Part shown: positions 24,531-37,800 of the stretch, in pieces
Layout of the letters: each line of letters starts with the position of its first letter
Numbering within the stretch: the first letter of the stretch is position 1
Source: Amoebophrya sp. A120
Lineage: Eukaryota > Protista > Dinoflagellata
Reading direction: 5' to 3'
Length of the DNA: 64,000 bases
Assembly (NCBI GenBank): GCA_905178155.1
Contig: CAJINV010000013.1
Location: 2,484,281 to 2,548,280 of the forward strand
The notes under the pieces: generated by a model
What the model was told of the DNA's origin: nothing
Seen by the model: only the letters and a program-made list of their open reading frames with translations
The model's database searches: none
Position numbers and translations under genes: made by a program

Positions 24531-25287
24531 ATTGGTATGGAAATAATCACTATCACGCCACGAACAAGCGACGCAGCACTTTTCAAGACACTGTATTGCC
24601 AGGAATGCGACGAAACCGTTGTAACCTGATTATACCAGCGAAGGAGCGATGAACATCACCAACAAGCGAAATTTTGGCACTCAGCGAACGATGTGAATGA
24701 ATCACATCGAAGATCCTGGCTCACCTTCACTGTAGATACATCTATCTTCAGATGATGATGTGCCATCGCGCTCGAAGCCTCGCTCGACGTCATCCACGCG
24801 AAACGAGGTCCTCCTGCATTGCTTAGTAAGCTTCAAGATAGCGCGTGAAACCTCACACTTAATTGGCCGCCAGATTATGGCAAAGAAAGTAGCCTCAGCC
24901 TTCGTGTGTTCTTGTCTCGATATTGGCGCATTGATATGGGTATTGGAATTCGATTCCAAACCAGAAGTGGAACGAGTGCTGGAACACAGCACTCACATCA
25001 TTCGGTGAACACCAGTCGGATTGCTGTCTTCGTGCAAGCACGTTTTTTTTTTTTCGAGTGGAACAAAGAGAGAAATGTAGGATGTTGATGTGCAAAGGAA
25101 GTTCTATCATGGCCTCACAGCTTCAAGACCACTAATCGGAAATCTTTGAAAGAGTACAAGACTTTTGCTTTAATAGTCCACGACCGACGTGCATGTGTCG
25201 GGTATGGCTTGTTACAACTTCGTGTGAAGAAGAAGCTAGCTATTATTTGATGTAAACAATATTTTCTTCTAATAAGACGGACCAAAA

Positions 25288-28200
25288 ATGGTAGACGTCC
25301 ACGGCACATCCTCGCCCTCGCTCGCGGTCCCAGAAGAGGAGAAACGGATTCCCGACATCACGATAGCCACGATTGGAAATGTAGACTCGGGAAAGTCGAC
25401 GTTGGTCGGGGTTCTTACGAAGTCAATCTTGGACGATGGCAGAGGTATTTTTATGCAGTTTTTCTTGCAAAACAAAAACATAAACAAGGAAAACAATAAA
25501 GGGGCGACTTGCTTAGTTACTGTGAAGTACAAGCACGCCACTACCCATGTTGAAGAACACAAGGAAATACTTCTGTAAAAACGACCATCTCCGTCAAGAT
25601 CATTTATATGGAGACGGTCTATTTCTCCCTGTCAGCATCTTTCTTTTGCACTTTGATTTTGCAAAAACTGGTCTACAACTGCAGGCCTGGCGCGTTCCAA
25701 AGTGTTCAATTTCGGACACGAGCAGGAAAATGGGCGCACGAGCAGCATCGCCCACGAGATCATGGGATTTCACACGTTGCTGGAAAAGGAGCAACTGCCG
25801 GCGGGAGGACCAGGACAAGCACAACAACCTCGTTCGTCAAACACAACAAAAAAGGAGTCTTCTTCAAGTGTGCAGCAGATGATGAAAACTACAGGAAACA
25901 ACTCCTCTTCAAGTACTACATCCCCGGGCGGAGACGAGGATCAGAGCACTGCCGCCTCGTCCTCTCGGAGTAATCAGCCGGAAAGCTGTGCAGGTGGAGG
26001 TGGAAGTTCTTCTAGCAGTTCAGCAGGGCCTACAACTGGTAACAGTAGCACAGGGACGACCTCCGCTACATCTTCCTCGTCATCAGCCGGCGCGTCAAAT
26101 AAGCCGGACCACCAGGATGATTTTCAGTCCTGCGGCGAAGACGAAAATAGTAACGAAAACAATGAAAAACTCAAGGATCATCCGGGATCGTCGAAAAAAC
26201 TGTCTCCTGCAAATAATATGAACAATGGCAAAGCCTTTTCGCCGGCAGCAAGATCAGACAAAGACAGCGGAGGGGGGACCACGACAACAGCAAAGTCGGG
26301 AAGTTCATCTTCTGCGCCGTCGGCCGCCACGACGCCGCCTACGACCACGAACGCGGCAAATAAGAGCCCCCCAGCGAGTTCTGTGTCCACCGCAACCGCG
26401 TCGACTGCCGCCGCCTCTAACTCCCCCAATTCGACGGCCAAGAAGCTGTTCCAGGTGGTCACTGTCGACTCGGAGCACCACGGAAAGAGGGGTGAGAAAC
26501 AGCAGGACCATCAGCATAACCACGACGAGAATTATTCTGCCGCGAATAATTATGTCGCCACGACCGAGCGAAAGAGCCACGTCGTGCCCCGCGGGTCGGC
26601 GTCGCACCCAATCAAAACTGGGGCGCAGAAAAACGCGCTGTGGCAGAAGATTCAGGAGCAGAGCGACCGGCTAATTCAGTTTGTGGACCTGTGCGGGCAC
26701 GAGAAGTACCTGAAAACCACAATATTTGGATTGGTCGGGCTGTGTCCCGACTACGCTATCGTCGTGGTCAACGCAAACGCGGGGTTGCAGAGGATGACCC
26801 GCGAGCACATTGGTATATTTTATTGACTGGGAGTTGCTCTTCATCATCTATTGGACATGTTCAGTATACCTCAAATTAAATTTTTGCCTATTACGGCTCC
26901 TGGTCGACGTGGAAGAAAAATTATCCAATGACACAATCAGAAACCAAACCATCAATCATGTTCGTGCACTGACTTGAAACACAAGCCAAAGCATAAGCAT
27001 CTTCTTGACGACAAGAGCCCAGCACTTGAAATACAAATATTTCTCAACGCCAGGCATCGCCATTGCCCTTCGTATTCCCATCATCATTGTGGTGACGAAA
27101 AAGGACATGACGCCCGGGAACGTCTACGACGCCAACATGCTAAACATCTGCAAAGTGCTATCAAAAGAAAAAATCCCCCCTCCCCATATCGAAAACGAAA
27201 CTTGTGATGCTGTATGTGAGTACACAAGTCGACTTGTAATGCTAGAAGGCCAGGAGCCGCAGTTGTGGCCTCGTTTGCAGGCAATTTGTCATGCTGCTTC
27301 CCACTTCCAGTTGCCTGCTTTCATGCTGAAGATGCAAGGCTTTCCCACGCCTGCCAGGAGTACAGTCCGCATCTTTTCCCTTCTAGCATGACAAAGCTGA
27401 TTTGTGGCCACAAATCTGCATCACAGATCTCCGGTTTGATATGGGGAGGGGGGATTTTTCTTCTTGATAAGTGCTCAAATCCAACGCGGTTCGGAAACTG
27501 CCCGTGCTGATCAAGCACGAAACGGACGTGGAGCACGCGGCCAGCAGCATTCTCAGCGAGCGGATTGTGCCCGTCTTTTCGGTCAGTTCGGTCACCGGCG
27601 ACGGGCTGGATTTCCTCCGGTCCTTCCTGTACAATCTGCAGCCCCGTGCGAAGGAATTGCTCTGCAAAAGCCCGTATCCCACGCAAAAGTATCGCGCTCC
27701 TAGTTAATCTCTTATTGCAATTATGCGCGACAATTTGAATTACTTAGATACAAACAAACTTGAAAATTTGTAAAAAGATGAAATTTCTACCAGTACGTAC
27801 CAGTCCCAGTGCGATACTTTGTTTTGCAATGGATAGCTTGGAAGACAAGCAGGTGGAGTTTCACATCGAATCAATCTTCCTAGTCGCCGGCGTCGGGGTC
27901 GTGGTGGCCGGATTCATGCGATCGGGTATAATATTTTGGGATTTTCCTTCCTTTTAATTTTTCCTCCTCTGGATTCCGTTTCCGATGCATCTTGGCTCCT
28001 GCAGGTTGTTTCTGTTTGTGCAATAAAGTTCAGCTTGCGGATAATTTAAGACACAACTCGTAGACGATCCACTGATAATAAGTCTAAGAACAAACCAACC
28101 GATCTGTCGGCACAAATAAATCCAACGGCAGGCACGGTGACAGTCGGATCGCACCTGTACCTTGGCCCGGATTCGCTGGGGAAGTACAAGCACCTGATTG

Positions 28201-29465
28201 TTCGCGGTATCCACATCCGGCGCGTGCCGAAATCCAAAGCGTTGTCGGGGGACCACTGCTCGTTTTCCCTCCGTGCCATCGACGCGAAAGAGAAGTTTAA
28301 GAAGTCGCATTTTCGAATATGGAAGTGAACAATGTGGTCTCAAGACGACTGGTCTTCGTTTTGTTCTTTGCCACCCAAAATCCTAGCAGGTGGAGTGAGG
28401 CAAAAGTATGTTCTTAATGACAGATGACATGCTGCCCGCATACGCAATTTTTCGCCCTGTCAAGTGAGTACTTCCCCGACATTGTATGTTGACACAGGAT
28501 TACAAAAGGAAAACTGAGACCACAACGTTGCTGGCGTTCCATACCACAAGGGCATGGTCCTCCTGAGCCAAATTAACACGGAGCCGGTGGCGTTTCGCGA
28601 GTTTGAAGCGGAAATCGTCATCCTGCACCACAGCACCACGATAAGGCAAAGGTAGACTCAAGTAGATATACATGGTGGATGACGAGTATTGAAGTAGTTC
28701 AGTCTAACTCTAACTCTATCTTTCGCAATGCACAACCTCGACGAAAGTGCACAACTACGACAGTGCTATCTATCTTCGCGGTGGTGCGCCAACATCTTTA
28801 GCAATGCGCTGTCTTCGTGATGTTGCGCCATGCGCAACCACGACAGTGCGCGATTCTTTACGTGCTAGTTGATGGGTGCTAGTCTGGTGCACGAAAAGGC
28901 GGCGGAATACAAACGAAACTCTGTCAGGTACCAAGCCGTAATCCATTGCGGCGTGATCCGGCAATCGGCCGAGGTGCTGGGCATGAGCAGCGAGCTACTG
29001 CGTACCGGCGACAAAGCCACCGTGCGGTTTCGGTTTCTGTATCACGTGGAGTTCATGCGCGTGGGTTGGACCCTGCTCTTCCGTGAGGGCCGCACGAAGG
29101 GGATAGGAAGGGTCACGAAGGTTCTGATTGGCGGCAACAACACGGTGTCTGGGCCCACAGCTCCGCGCTCGCCCACGACGCACGGCAGTGCGTCTTCTGC
29201 GGGTGCCAGTACTGTTGCAGTCGGGAGCAACTTGCCGCCGCCCGCGGGAGGTACTAGCAGTAGTACCACTGCCGGCGCAGTCGGTGGAGGAAGCGAGCCT
29301 GCAAGCTCCTCTACACGAGTTGACAATCCTGCGTCGACTTCCACTTCCTCGGACGCAGGAGCTGCAAGTGCGAGTGCACCCACTAGTGCGACCGGGAGTA
29401 GCACTTTCGCAGAGCGAAAAAGCAACCGAACGTCAGCGGCAGCACAGCAGGCTATCACAGCATGA
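25288..29465 (+). CDS. GTP-binding protein 1/2 family (EF-Tu-like translational GTPase)
   Basis: [62 protein letters not shown]. Introns 25445-25684, 26813-27053, ~27158-27470, 27674-27836, 27926-28131, 28317-28547, 28652-28927. Confidence 0.95.
27159..27469. mobile_element. 311-bp fold-back introner, TATC family, TSD AGTGC
   Basis: Arms >100 bp starting TATCAAAAGAAAAAATCCCCCCTCCCCATATC; AGTGC at 27154-27158 and 27470-27474; interrupts ICKVLKSN; no in-frame GT-AG at the ends. Confidence 0.93.
27675..27835. mobile_element. 161-bp older introner, TATC family, now a GT-AG intron
   Basis: TATCCCACGCAAAAGTATCGCGCT versus inverse TATCCATTGCAAAACAAAGTATCGCACT; flanks GCCCG / GCTTG; intron 27674-27836 in frame. 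Confidence 0.75.
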
Positions 29466-30639
29466 CCTTCGTTTTTTTCGTCAGTATGTTCGCTACGAAA
29501 TCAATATGTTTGTGCATGCACTAATATGGACACGGTGTCTGTTGTGTCTACTTTAGCTGCTGCTGCAGCGCCGAAGCTCTGCAGAAAATAGAAAACTTGA
29601 AAATGACTTGTAGGCAGCTGTGGAATATGTTTATGTAGAAGAACTCAGACCGCTGAAAAAGAATGCAAATGGAAATTTAAAAGGTCTCAAATCGTGGAGA
29701 GAACCGAAAAAACGAAAGAAAATTTCGCCTCCATACCCAAGAAGAAAGCAGGCAGCAAAGCGACAACACGGAACACAGTCGGTGGTGGCGGAGCGGCAGG
29801 AGAGAGCACCCACTCTTCGCCTAACGAAGCAAAAGCTCCCGAAAATGGATGATGTTCGGACATGAATGAAAATTGAAGTTTTTGAAGAAAGTGGAAGTGC
29901 CGCAAAAGAATATATAACAATAATCAAAGCTGCAAATGAAAATCAAATGAAAAACGAAGGGTCTGAGCCCATGGCCAAGGATGAACAAACCCTGCAAATA
30001 CAACTGCCTGCCTATGTGAAAATTACAATCATCACGTGGGCAAGCAGGAGCGCAGTTTTCATCCATTCACTGACTGTGCGTGCGCTCGTTTCCCGGTCAA
30101 GCAATTGTGTTCATTCTCGCTCCTATTGCCGTTCGGAAATCTAAAAAAATGAACACATAACTTTACTGCAGTTGCCGTTCTTTTCTGCAGTTGCGCATGT
30201 GCCTCTGCTGAAAAACTTGCATTCGTTTCCTGGCCCCCGTGGGCAGAATGCGGCGGAACTGTCGGAAGTGGGGCGATTTACTTTTTGCCATTTGCGCAAA
30301 CACTTTGGGAAGATGCGCAGCGCTTTTCGAGCCGGGCGACCGGGGGTCAGCCACGAAAATGGTTGTCGCACGCAGCACGCGCTTTGGCTTTTTACTTCGG
30401 AAGGGCGCGAGCGTCTTCTCGTGTTCTGCCTGCGCTCGGAGCCGGGAAAAGCCTTTTGCCTACCGCGCGCACCTATTTCGGCTCCATCGTTGGTAGTGGT
30501 GATGGTGTGCGTGTGGTGTTTTGTCGTTTAAGAGCGGGAAAAAAAGTCGGCGTGTTGCGCCCGCACAGGCGCCGTTGTTTTGGTACTTGCCTGCGATGTC
30601 CTTGTCGCGTTCGGCAATCGAGGGCCGCGGCGGGCCGAA

Positions 30640-31830
30640 AAAAAAATGTTGCGCGCTGCGCGCCCGCAGACGCCCTGATCTGCTTCGGTAGCTGCGGGCC
30701 GGAGCGAAAAACTTTTTTCGCGCGCTGCGCGCGCAGGCTCCATGACCTAGTGTTGGCGCCACGTTCATAGTCTTTTTTTCGCGTCCAGCAGTCGGGGCCT
30801 GGCCGAGCAAATTAGTTCGCGCGCTGCGCGCGCAGGCGCCCTGACCTGGTACGGGCGCGATAGAGTTTTTTTTTCACGTCCACCAATCGGGACTGGCCGA
30901 AAAATGCAATTTTTAGCGTGCGCCCTGCGCGCGCAGGCGCCCGGACCTGTTGAGGGCGCGACATTTAGTTTTTTTTTCGCGTCCAGCGATCGGGGGCTGG
31001 CCGAAAAAAATTTGTCGCTTGCTGCGCGCGCAGGTGCCCTGACCTCGTGAGGGCGCGACGGAATTTGCTTCACGCATCCACCAATCGGGGGCTGGCCGAG
31101 AAAATTTTTAGCGACCTGCGCGCGCAGGCGGTCTGGCCCGGTTTGGGCGCAACATTTACAATTTTTTTTGGCGCCCAGCAATCGGGGGCTGGTCGAAAAA
31201 AAAACTATCGCGCGCTGCGCGCACAGGCGCCCTGGCCTGGTGACTCCGCCAATTTTTTTGTCGCGTCGTCCCAGCAATCAGGGCCTGGCAGAGAAAAGAT
31301 TTTAGCGCCCTGCGCGCGCAGGCGCCCTGACCTGGTGAGGGCGCGACATTCGTGTGTTTTTTTTGCGCGTCCAGCAGTCGAGGGCTGGCCCAAAAAAATT
31401 CTTCGCGCGCTGCGCGCGCCGTCGCCCTGATCTGGTGAGGGCGCGATGGGTTTTTTTTACGTGCCCACCAATCGGGGCTGGCCGAAAAAAAATTCACCAC
31501 CCTGCGCGCGCGCGTGCCCTGACCTGATCGGGGCGCGACGTTCATAGTTTTGTTCTGTGTCCAGCAGTCGGTGGCTGGCCGAAAAAAAATTATTCGCGCG
31601 CTCGTTGCGCGCGCAGGCGCCCTGACCTGGTGGGGGTGCGACAGATTTTTTTTTACGCGCCCGCTCGTCGGGGTCTTGCCGCCGGGAAAATTTATTCGCG
31701 CGCCGCGCGCGCAGGCCCCCGAACCTGGTGGGGGCGCGACGCAATTTTTTTTGCTTCCAGGTGTCGCGGGTTGGCCGAGGAAAAAGCGATCGCGCGTTGC
31801 GTGCGCGCAGGCGCCTTGGCCTTGGAGCGG
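30640..31830. repeat. Degenerate tandem repeat, ~97-bp unit, about 12-13 copies
   Basis: GCGCGCAGGCGCCCTGACCTG core recurs near 30828, 30929, 31025, 31120, 31217, 31314, 31609, 31706, 31803, with alternating T and A runs. Confidence 0.85.
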
Positions 31831-32754
31831 GAAAAAATTTTCTGCGTCGCGCCCGGATGTCGGAGGCCTGGAGGCACCTGGCGCCGAACGTAGGCGCCTG
31901 CGTGCGCAGGCTGCTGCGCGCTGCGCGCGGGCGCACCTCAGACCGCGCGCGGCCGCAGATGATCCGCTTGTCGACAAGTGTGGGGACGACGACAAGCACT
32001 TCAGCAACTGTCACAGCAAGTGGCCCGCTTGTTTTTGTGCGAGTTGCCGCAGGCTCGCCCAAGTTAGTAGAAGGGGCGAAGAGAGTAGGTCTGTGCCTGC
32101 TGGCCGTTTTGTTCTGAGAGGAGGGTCGTTGCGTCAGTAGCTCGGGCCCCTATCTCGCCCGCGTTGGTTTTTGCGTTTCGCATGGGGAATAGATTCTGGG
32201 AACCCGCGGAATCTATGGGGCACACAGAAAAGGGCGGGAAGGAGACTAGGGAAGGGGGTAGCGACGCAGGTTGGGGGATCGGGAAGCGACGAGGTTGCGG
32301 GGATGTGGGCGTCGGGAATGAGGAGGCTGGCAGGCCTGATCATGAACTACAAGAAGATCTTCAACTGCGTGCAGGAGAGCCGAGGAGCTCCTCCCATCTC
32401 CAGGGTTCTCCAGGACCGGATCATTGAGGGGCCCTCCCTTTTCCAGGTAGGGATCCCGCCTTTTTCAAGGAGGGCTCCGCTCGCCCCCGTTTCGAGAGGG
32501 AAGAAGCCCAAGATGGAGCATCTCGGCTTCCTCAAGGGGGGGCGGCTATGGTGGGGCCATCGTTGGCCTACCTGCGGGTGGGATTCATTGTTGCACGCCT
32601 TCTTCGAAGGGGCACTCCACTGCAGCCGGTCCTTCGGCAAGAGGCGACTGCAGGCGGCCTTGCGTCAAGACGTGACTGCAGGGGGGCACATGGCAGGCCC
32701 GCCTGCGGCTTCGCAGAAGGCGAGGGCGGCGGGTCTGTATTGCAGAGCTGGCAG

Positions 32755-33115
32755 CTTCCACTGCCAAACAGATGTCCTCGACTGCAGAAAAGATGGCACT
32801 CACTGCAAAAAAGATGGCCTCCACTGCAAAAAAGATTGCCTCCACTGCAAAAAAGATTGGCCTCCACTGCAAAAAAGATTGGCTCCACTGCAAAAAAGAT
32901 GCGAGAGGGGCACTATGGGGGCGTGGTGGGCAGGCCGTTAGCCGTTACTCTTTGTTAAATCCGTTAACCGTTACTCTTTCTTCGATCCGTTTTCCGTTAC
33001 TCTTTGAAAACATCACTTTCCTGCAGTCCGTTCCATCTTTTCTGCAGTCAAACAACACTTTGCTGCAGTCGCTGCCTTCAGCATCATCTTTTTTGCAGTG
33101 CAACTGCAAAAAAGT
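32755..33115. repeat. 21-22-bp minisatellite (CCACTGCAAAAAAGATGG), short CCGTTA array, then inverted degenerate copies
   Basis: About 7 direct copies 32755-32900; CCGTTA repeated 32935-33000; ATCTTTTCTGCAG-type inverse copies 33010-33100. Confidence 0.85.
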
Positions 33116-33254
33116 TTAGTGTTCGAGCTTTTAGGACACGCCGTTCGGGCGCAGGGCTTGCCGGCCTACCCGTGGCGGACCCCGGGGCCCGCCCCCGGAG
33201 TCCTTTCAAATGAAAGCGGGCGGGCCGTCGTGGTTCGGTTTCCATCTCGCGAAG

Positions 33255-33630
33255 GGGAATTCTTCGCCCAATTCTTCGGGGAATTTTTCGCGCAATTCTC
33301 GAAAAGCGGAAAAAAATCAGGGGGAATTTTGCGGGAATTCGTAGGATTGGCCACGCAGTAAAATTGCTAATTTTGGGGGGAATTCGGTGGGGGAATTTTT
33401 TGGGAATTCGGGCCCCCGGACCTGTTTCATTGTATTCGTGTGCGATTTTGGCACCCCCCCGCCGGGGGTTGGCAATTCGCAAAAAATTGCACATCGAATT
33501 AAAGACGCAATTAGAGAAATTTTTTTTGGTAATTTCCCCGGTCCGGGGCGGAATTGCTCACCAAATTGAACAAAAATTGTACTCGGAATTGGCTAAAAAT
33601 TGAACACAAATTGAAACAAAAATTGCCCGA
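33255..33630. repeat. GAATT/AAATT-periodic low-complexity array
   Basis: AATT core roughly every 10-12 bp. Confidence 0.65.
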
Positions 33631-33871
33631 GTTGGCTGAGGTGTATGATGAACGGAGCGCGCCACCTTGAAAGGGGGGCCTTGGTGTGGGCCCATGTTTG
33701 GCGGCCTCGGTGTGGCTTCCCCTTCGTTCCTTTGGCGCGCCGCCGCGGGTTTTTGTGTAGGGTATGCAGCCGGGGCCTGGGCGCCGTTCCGGCGCCTCCA
33801 CATACAGAGCCTCGCGCGGCCTGCCGATTTTCAAAATTGCGCAAGTTTTGCGCCCAATTTAGCGCCTTAGG

Positions 33872-34645
33872 TTGTGCGGCCCCGTTCGCCTGAGGAACGA
33901 ACAGCGCAGCGCTTTCGATTACAAAACCCGGAAGACCAAACGGGATAGGCGGCTAATGTTGAAGCATCATCCCGACCAGGTGAAGAGCAAGAAGCTGACG
34001 GCAAAAGACGAATTTGCGGCGCTTGTCAACTGGACGGAATTTGAACAAGTGCGGAAGGAGGGCAAAGAGTTTGAGTGTTTTCGCTTCACCGTGGCTAAGT
34101 GTGCCGGGACGAGTTTGAAAAAGATAAACTGCCTGCAAACGTTCTTCCAGGTGGAATTAGTCGGGGGGAAAAACAGGCTCAGGCTTCTGGACAAAGCAGA
34201 GACGCAGGTATACAGGGGGACGCACGTCTACCGCGCCGGGCACTATGATCGCAACCTCGGGGAAGATGGTGGCGCCGGCGGCAGCATGGCCAAACGGCCG
34301 AAGTTTGCGGCGCTAACAAACAACATGTCCGCAGAGGAAGTAAAGGAGCAGGTAGAGCTTTCCATCCAAGAGGAGAGCCAAAACTTCTGGAAATGCCGGA
34401 AAGTAGTGGAGCGTGCTGAAGTTGAGGGAGCCATGTGCCAGAACCTCGAGGATCGGGATGATGTTGCTGCCCTCTGTGGTATTGCTTTACTAGCTCTAGC
34501 TCTACCGCTAGCTGCTGGCAGTGCTATAGTAGCTGCTGGAGGTTTAGGCTTTGGCTTTGGTTTACTTTTTGAAGATGGGTATGAGCAGACGAAGACTACG
34601 AGAGCGAGACGATGCAGCGTGCGAGCAGTTTTTGATTTTTTGTAG
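33872..34645 (+). CDS. ORF with partial DnaJ J-domain
   Basis: RRLMLKHHPDQ...AKDEFAAL matches J-domain helix II-HPD-helix III. 3' part changes composition and may be intronic. Confidence 0.5.
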   Translation: MCGPVRLRNEQRSAFDYKTRKTKRDRRLMLKHHPDQVKSKKLTAKDEFAALVNWTEFEQVRKEGKEFECFRFTVAKCAGTSLKKINCLQTFFQVELVGGKNRLRLLDKAETQVYRGTHVYRAGHYDRNLGEDGGAGGSMAKRPKFAALTNNMSAEEVKEQVELSIQEESQNFWKCRKVVERAEVEGAMCQNLEDRDDVAALCGIALLALALPLAAGSAIVAAGGLGFGFGLLFEDGYEQTKTTRARRCSVRAVFDFL

Positions 34646-34845
34646 ACAGCGCCTGCAGAGAAGAGGACGATCGAACTCATCTCACATGCGAAGAGCTTGC
34701 TGCGCTTGCTCTTGATCGTCGGCGCTGGGTAGTGAATAGAACAGCCGTGCTGTTGTTGCTCTTCATTCTCATACTCATCTTCGTGTGAAAGTGAGTGCGT
34801 CTGTTGTTTTTTTGATGCTCATAGCTCGCTCTCGTTTCCGATTCC

Positions 34846-37800
34846 GTGCTTCTACGTGTTGCAATCGTAAAAAATGGAACAATGAAAACAGACTCCGACA
34901 CTTCCGCCAGTCAACGCGTCGCGGTTCCCGTCTACGCCCCGTCCGGAAAGTCGATCATCACCTACGAGATGAGAGCCCCGCCTTCGCCTAAGGCGTCCGC
35001 GTCTAGTAGTCCTGCTCCCGGGATGCAGCAGCAAGGCGTGGCGTGCGCACCCGGGACGACAAACAAAGAAATTGCGGCGGCTGCGTTGAACAACCTGCCG
35101 GAGCAGGAGCGGACCCGTCCGGTCCTAGTCGTGAGGCTAGGACCGGACGCGACGCCCGACAGATCGGGCAAAAGTTTCGCGATAGAAGTGGTTCTCGTCA
35201 GGATGCAGAACTGCGAGACCGAGGAACTATTGCTGAGACAATGTGTTCCGCTCGCTTGTTCCCATGATGGTGGTCATATGAGTGCTCTCTCGGACCTGTG
35301 CGACCGCCTGGGGGACACGGTCCCACTCCCAGGGGACCGCGTCGCCGACTGGCCAGGGGACCCAGTTGCTGCGTATGCAGTTGCCCAAGACGCCGGCTCC
35401 GACATCGTAACAGCTATGCGCATCTTCGCCGAAGGCAGCGCCGCCACCAACATAGAGAGGGCGGAGCAGCAGCAGAACGGGACACCAAAACAGCAATGGC
35501 TCATAGAGACTTTTCATCTGCCGCTGTTATGCACGCGCCACCAGGCCAGCTTGCTCGAAGGCGAGCTTGTGCAAATAGTTACAGCCTACATGCCGGATTT
35601 CTTCCTCGGCCTGAGTGCGGTCGTGCGGTCGGTGAATTTGTACAAGGGCAAAACTATTAAAACAAGCGACCCGAAGTATTTCAACCTACGCGCTTACGCG
35701 GAGCACCGGTGGCAGACGCTGTGCGTCACCCTGGGCGACCTGATCAAGTACGAGAAGGAAGCGCGAGCAGTAGTAGAAAATACATCGGCGCAGAACAAAC
35801 AGGAAGAGCAGAAGAAAACCCTCGCTAACGCGAGGAAGGCGCTCGGGAGCCGGGAGCTCATGCATGTCGTTAAGAGTCTCGAGAATGCCATGGAGGCAGT
35901 GGAGCACGTGCGCAACGCGATCAAGCGCGACCAGGAGCTGGTCTACACGTCGGCCAAGCACACCGAAGTGAAGCGGTACACGCCGCCGACTCGGACACAG
36001 CTGGGCAACATGTTGATGAAGCGCCTGCTCATTCGCGAGGGGGATACTTTGGGGCTCTGCCTGAAGCTGGAGATCTATCATCGTCTCCCCGATAGGTTGA
36101 AACAAGTGCACAGCTATCCCCACCAGTTCCTGCCCTGGACAAGCGGCGACAAGCAATTGGTGAAGGAGTCGGCGAAGCGGTTTCTGAGCATCCACCTCAA
36201 CAACAAAGCTAACTTCCTGCGGTTTTTGCAAAAGAGATACAGCAACGAACTCACGAAGGGAGCGGAGGCGGGGCATTTGAGCAAGCGGCTGCGACAGCTG
36301 CTTGTCCCGGTGAACCGCCAAACAGTACCTAGCAATCAATACTGCGAAGCCTTGCAGTCCGCGCACCAACAAGAGAAGGCCTTGGCCCCCGCCATAAAAC
36401 AAGCCAGGAACGGAATCAGGGTGCAGCGGGCCCGAACGAACCAGAAGTCGTGGGCCAAGTGGCAAGAACGCAAAGAGCAATGGAAGAACCTGCATGACCG
36501 GCGCCGCAAAGTCGTGAAGGAAAGAAGCACACCAGTAAAAAGGTTTGCGCGGGAGGTGGACCCGCTCAATAAGGTCGCGCGCGATGAGGTTGGGCGCAGG
36601 GGTCGCATACACCCGAGTCTGGACACCTTGCTTACCATCCGCAATGCAAAAAGTACGACGCCACGGCTATCGGCGAAGAACAAAAAAGGGCTGGCGGCCC
36701 GTTCGGGAAGAGCGGAGCACTGGTCGTTGCGCCGGAGATCGCAAAAGACGAGCTGCTGGACGTGCCGCTGATCCATGACCACAAAAACGGGCGCGGTTGC
36801 TCTTTGAGCATGTCCTTGCTCGATGTGGTGCGCAAGCTCGAAACAAAGCCTGCTCCTGCACCCGCTCCCGCGCCGGTCATGAAAAAGAAACCAAAAGCCG
36901 CGGCGAAGAAGAAGGCGATGTGGTGGGTTAAGACGCCGGCTGACGATAGTAGTGATAGCGACGAGAAGATGTGCTCGAGAAGAAGAAGCGATCGAAAGAA
37001 GAGAAGAAACAGCAGAAACAGCTCGCCAAGGCGTTCGGGTGGTGGTTGTGTTTTAGTAAGAACGGGCGGAAGGGGAGGATGATTCGACTACAGGGGGGAG
37101 ACGACGTTGACCAGCGGGCGTTTGCGTTCTCCTTCCATCCTGACATGGAGGTCATCACCTTCAGCAAGTGGATAGAGATGTCGCAGGAGCGCGAAGACCT
37201 GCGGCAGAAGTTCAAGTGCGAGGTGCTGCAAGGCGCCTCTCCGCTCATCTATCCTTCCAGTTACTACGGAGGAAGCAGGTAATGATCCGCGATTCGGAAG
37301 TCAACTGTTCGTCCCCGAAGGACACACGTACAAACTTCAGCGGGCCGCGTATCTGCAGCATTCGGAAGTTTGTTCCAGGCGGGAAGTAAAGGAGGTGTCG
37401 CGGGTCGGGTTGATCGATGAACGGAAGCAGCAGGGTGACAGCATGGAGTTCGTCGCGCGTGATGGGCGGATCGAATATGTTGCCCGCGATGAAAGGGCGG
37501 CAAAGTGGAAGGACACCGTTGACATTTCTCGCGCGGTGCCCGAGTGCGGTCTGTGCAAGGACCTGAACAGCGCTTACCTCATCTACAGGCCCGAGCAGAG
37601 GACGTGGCTCTGCGCGGTCATGGCGAAGGGATCCGCCGAAGCACAGCAGACAGAGTGGAAGCGTTTTGGTGCTTCCACCGGCGGTGGTGTGTATGATCAA
37701 ACAAAGATCATGCAGGCGCGGAAGCGGCTGTTGCGCAGGATCTTTCTGCTCAAGGAGTGGGGTGATGTTCCGGAAACAACGGACGCTATGGAGACGCTTT

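Noticed and set aside
30640-31830. CRISPR-like spacing of a conserved core with variable intervals
   Set aside because: Intervening sequences are homologous to each other, the context is eukaryotic, and no cas genes are present.
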